Positions 61,611 through 64,000 of a stretch of 64,000 bases of DNA are shown here, piece after piece. The notes below the pieces were generated by a model, which worked only from the letters and a program-made list of their open reading frames with translations, did no database searches and was not told the origin of the DNA. Origin of the DNA: Camelus ferus (taxonomy: Eukaryota); contig NC_045696.1 of NCBI RefSeq assembly GCF_009834535.1, forward strand, positions 70,620,001 through 70,684,000, in the 5' to 3' direction. Each line of letters starts with the position of its first letter. Position 1 is the stretch's first letter. The translations under genes were made by a program, and so were the position numbers.

Positions 61611-61768
61611 GCGTAGGGTTCCTACTATCACTCTCATCCTTAGTGGTTCTCATGATCATCATTATTTCCCAGAGTATTTTCTTGTTCAACTTCGGTCACC
61701 TTTCCTTTTCCTCTCCCGGACTCCTTGCGCTTTTTGCTCCTTGTATCCGTGTATACGGGTGTCACTCT

Positions 61769-61780
61769 TGCGCATGCGCA
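61769..61780. promoter_or_regulatory. Perfect NRF1 palindrome
   Basis: TGCGCATGCGCA, with both CpGs intact. Confidence 0.55.
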
Positions 61781-63202
61781 CCTTCACACCTGCTCATCCC
61801 CAGGCTGAGCGGCTTCTGTCTCTCCGCCTCTTCTCTCCTGCAGGGGGAGAGGGAGAACCATGAGGCTAAATCCAAATCCTTGCTTACCTACCCAACCCCC
61901 ACCGCATTTAGTGTTCAAATTTCTGCTCTCACTTATGCATCTGAAATCCTGGCCACCCTCCTCTAATGCACTTAGTGCTGCTTAATAAGTCAGAGGTGGT
62001 GGGGGTAAAAAAAAAAAAACACCACTATTTTTTCCCTTCCAAGGAAGGCTGTCCACTCATTTTTGTTTTGTCTGATTCAAAACTGACTGATGTAATTCCC
62101 TTCTGCTCTGACAAATAGGGACCCTCAGCAAAGAAGGAAACAGAGCCAAAGTGAAAAGAGAAAGGGTCAGAGGCTTTCTGGAGATTTATGAAGTCTTCAC
62201 TAGAGCATAGGCAGCTGGACAGTTCTCTCCTACGTTTGGGCTTTGAGTTTCAGGAAAACACAAGGACTCTGAGACGTGCCTTCACTTGAGTCATTTGGGT
62301 GGAGTTGGTGTTTTTATCTGTGATATCTTCCTACTTTCCCTCTCCTTTGAGCTGAGAGCTGTGTGCGGGGAGTGAGAGTGCTTGCTTTCTTCTGCCTTTG
62401 GGTCTAGGACCCTGGGGCAAAATACAAAGAGATGATCCTTCATTCTTCTCCAAGCCCATTCTCACTCCTTCCCCGCACCCCCTCCTCCTCCTGGGTTTGG
62501 GGTTTTACTTCATTTTGAATTAGTGATCATCTTGAGGGAGAAACGTGTAGGAAATTGATAGACTAGATCGAAATACAACATAAATACTTCAACTCTACAA
62601 ATTAACACAGGCCCACAAGCCTAGACCTGAATCAGACCACAAGCAAATAAGAATTTGCCTAATAATAGAAAATAATAATAGTAATAAGTAAGGCCTATGG
62701 CCTTTAACATGCAGCTGTGGTCTGCCAGAAACTGGATTGGTGTGACTGAAAGGTAAATTTTAAAGTGAAGTACTCCATCCAGACAAACTGCAGGGGTTGG
62801 TTTGTTTATGTATTCCCTTAATGTATATGACTAAAAACAGATTCCATTTACTTTACCTTCTTTTTTGTGACTTAACTGAACAAGGGTCTCAATCTCCTAA
62901 ATTAATGGAAATGTTGGCTCCATACAGATAAGTGGTTTCCATCCTTTTGAGGGTGGCCAGCCCCTGTTTGGGCTCAGACCTTACTGGGTACAGTGCCTGA
63001 TGCTGGGAGTGTCCAGCACCCCCCAGCCAGGCCAAGCAGGGAGGCCAGCTGGGGTGGTCCACCTAGTGGGGCTCCAGTGAGCTGAGGCAAGCAGCAGGAG
63101 TGCCTCTTACACTGACTGCAGGCCCTTCGAGTGGAAGGGATGAAACTACTGAGCTGAGAGTGGGCCATGTGTGTCCAGTCCAGTAGACTGATGAAGCAGA
63201 TC

Positions 63203-63470
63203 TGTTATAGACTGAAGGTCAATGTCTCTCCCCCACCATTCATATGTTGAAATCAAATCCCCAGTGTGATGGTATCTGGAGGTGGGGGCTTTGGGAGGTG
63301 ACTGGGTCAGAGGATGGAGCCCTCATAAGTGGGATTTCTGCCCTTCTAAAAGAGACCCCAACCACAGAGAAAAAGAATGCGACAATGAATTTATGTATGT
63401 TCATATATAACCGAAAAATTGTGCTCGACACTGGAAATGGACACAACATCGTAAACTGAATATAACTCAA

Positions 63471-63526
<56 letters not shown>

Positions 63527-63743
63527 ATGAGACCCAGCGATCTCTCACCCCTTCTGCCACGTGGGGACACAGCAAGATGACAACAGTCTCTGAACTAGGA
63601 AACAGGATCTCACCAGAGGCCAGATCAGTGGGCACTTTGATCTTGGACTTCCCAACCTCCAGAAGTATAAGAAATAAATGTTTGCTATAGAAGCTACCCA
63701 GTCTCTGGTGTTTTTGTTATAGCAGCCTCAGTGGGCTAAGCCA
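63203..63743 (+). mobile_element. MaLR solo LTR, MLT1A/A0-like, interrupted by an L1 tail
   Basis: tgttatagactgaa..cattcatatgttgaaatc..gtgatggtatctggaggtggggg..tgatcttggacttcccaacctccagaa..aataaatgtttg..gttatagcagcc..ctaagcca. Confidence 0.88.
63361..63528 (+). mobile_element. Extremely 5'-truncated L1 3'UTR (~110 bp) with (AAAT)14 tail
   Basis: Aligns by eye to 28376-28490. Flanked by TAAA[A/T]GAGACCC (63347-63358 and 63524-63535). (AAAT)n spans 63473-63528. Confidence 0.85.
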
Positions 63744-64000
63744 GAATCCCCGTGCACTGTGGGAGCAAGGGTCTGAGGTGAGCATCAGAGATGGGGCGTG
63801 AAGCAGGGAGGCAGAGGGCTGTGGATGTTCTCCCATAACGAGGCCCTTAGCCTCAAGCAGCATGCCTCTGCCTGGGCCACAGCAGCCACATTAAAAACCC
63901 TGTCTGCCCATCAGTTCAGCGTCTATTTCTCTGTCTGCCCCAGACATCGGCTCCCACTTGGTCCCAGGCTCTCTCCCAGTTCAGTTTTCCTGGCTTGTCC

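Noticed and set aside
61620..61840. Minus-strand acceptor plus a basic/acidic peptide (…RSKKRKESGRGKGKVTEVEQE…) as a coding exon
   Set aside because: All three frames after the putative acceptor hit a stop within ~25 codons, and the upstream donor would give an intron of only ~50 nt.
63056..63073. Minus-strand CTCF-like CCACTAGGTGGACC
   Set aside because: Mismatch at the highly constrained C of GGC; too weak to call without data.
10200..64000. MAGEF1 or another neighbouring coding gene
   Set aside because: No ORF with a MAGE homology domain or any other recognisable protein. If synteny with human holds, the neighbour lies beyond the right edge. A lncRNA cannot be excluded from sequence alone.
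1..64000. CRISPR array, prokaryotic operon or defence system, intact endogenous virus
   Set aside because: The sequence is mammalian. There is no repeat-spacer array, no paired LTRs with internal gag/pol/env, and no intact transposase or reverse transcriptase ORF.

Overview
Mammalian genomic DNA, most likely from a camelid. This is inferred from several copies of a ~130-bp tRNA-derived SINE resembling Vic-1 and from the absence of recognisable Alu, B1, Bov-tA/BovB, PRE1 or Can-SINE copies. The first 10 kb hold the 5' end of VPS8 (CORVET complex subunit) on the minus strand: a CpG-island promoter with a non-coding first exon (donor at 9944/9943), a ~9.2-kb first intron, and the first coding exon (545-786; CDS 545-697, 51 codons, phase-0 donor). 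The gene continues off the left edge. The remaining ~54 kb is upstream intergenic DNA with no other protein-coding gene I can recognise. It is dominated by ancient repeats (MIR, L2, HAL1, MaLR/MLT1 and ERVL LTR16-type LTRs, hAT DNA transposons) and younger L1 3' ends and SINEs with visible target-site duplications, several of them nested. There are also microsatellites and candidate regulatory motifs (CTCF, NRF1, POU/homeobox clusters). I did not find a convincing novel biological system. The best leads are regulatory: a CLEAR/E-box inside a G-quadruplex in VPS8 exon 1, a minimal uORF, and a tandem CTCF pair. Repeat subfamily names are from memory of consensus sequences, and boundaries are approximate unless TSDs are given.
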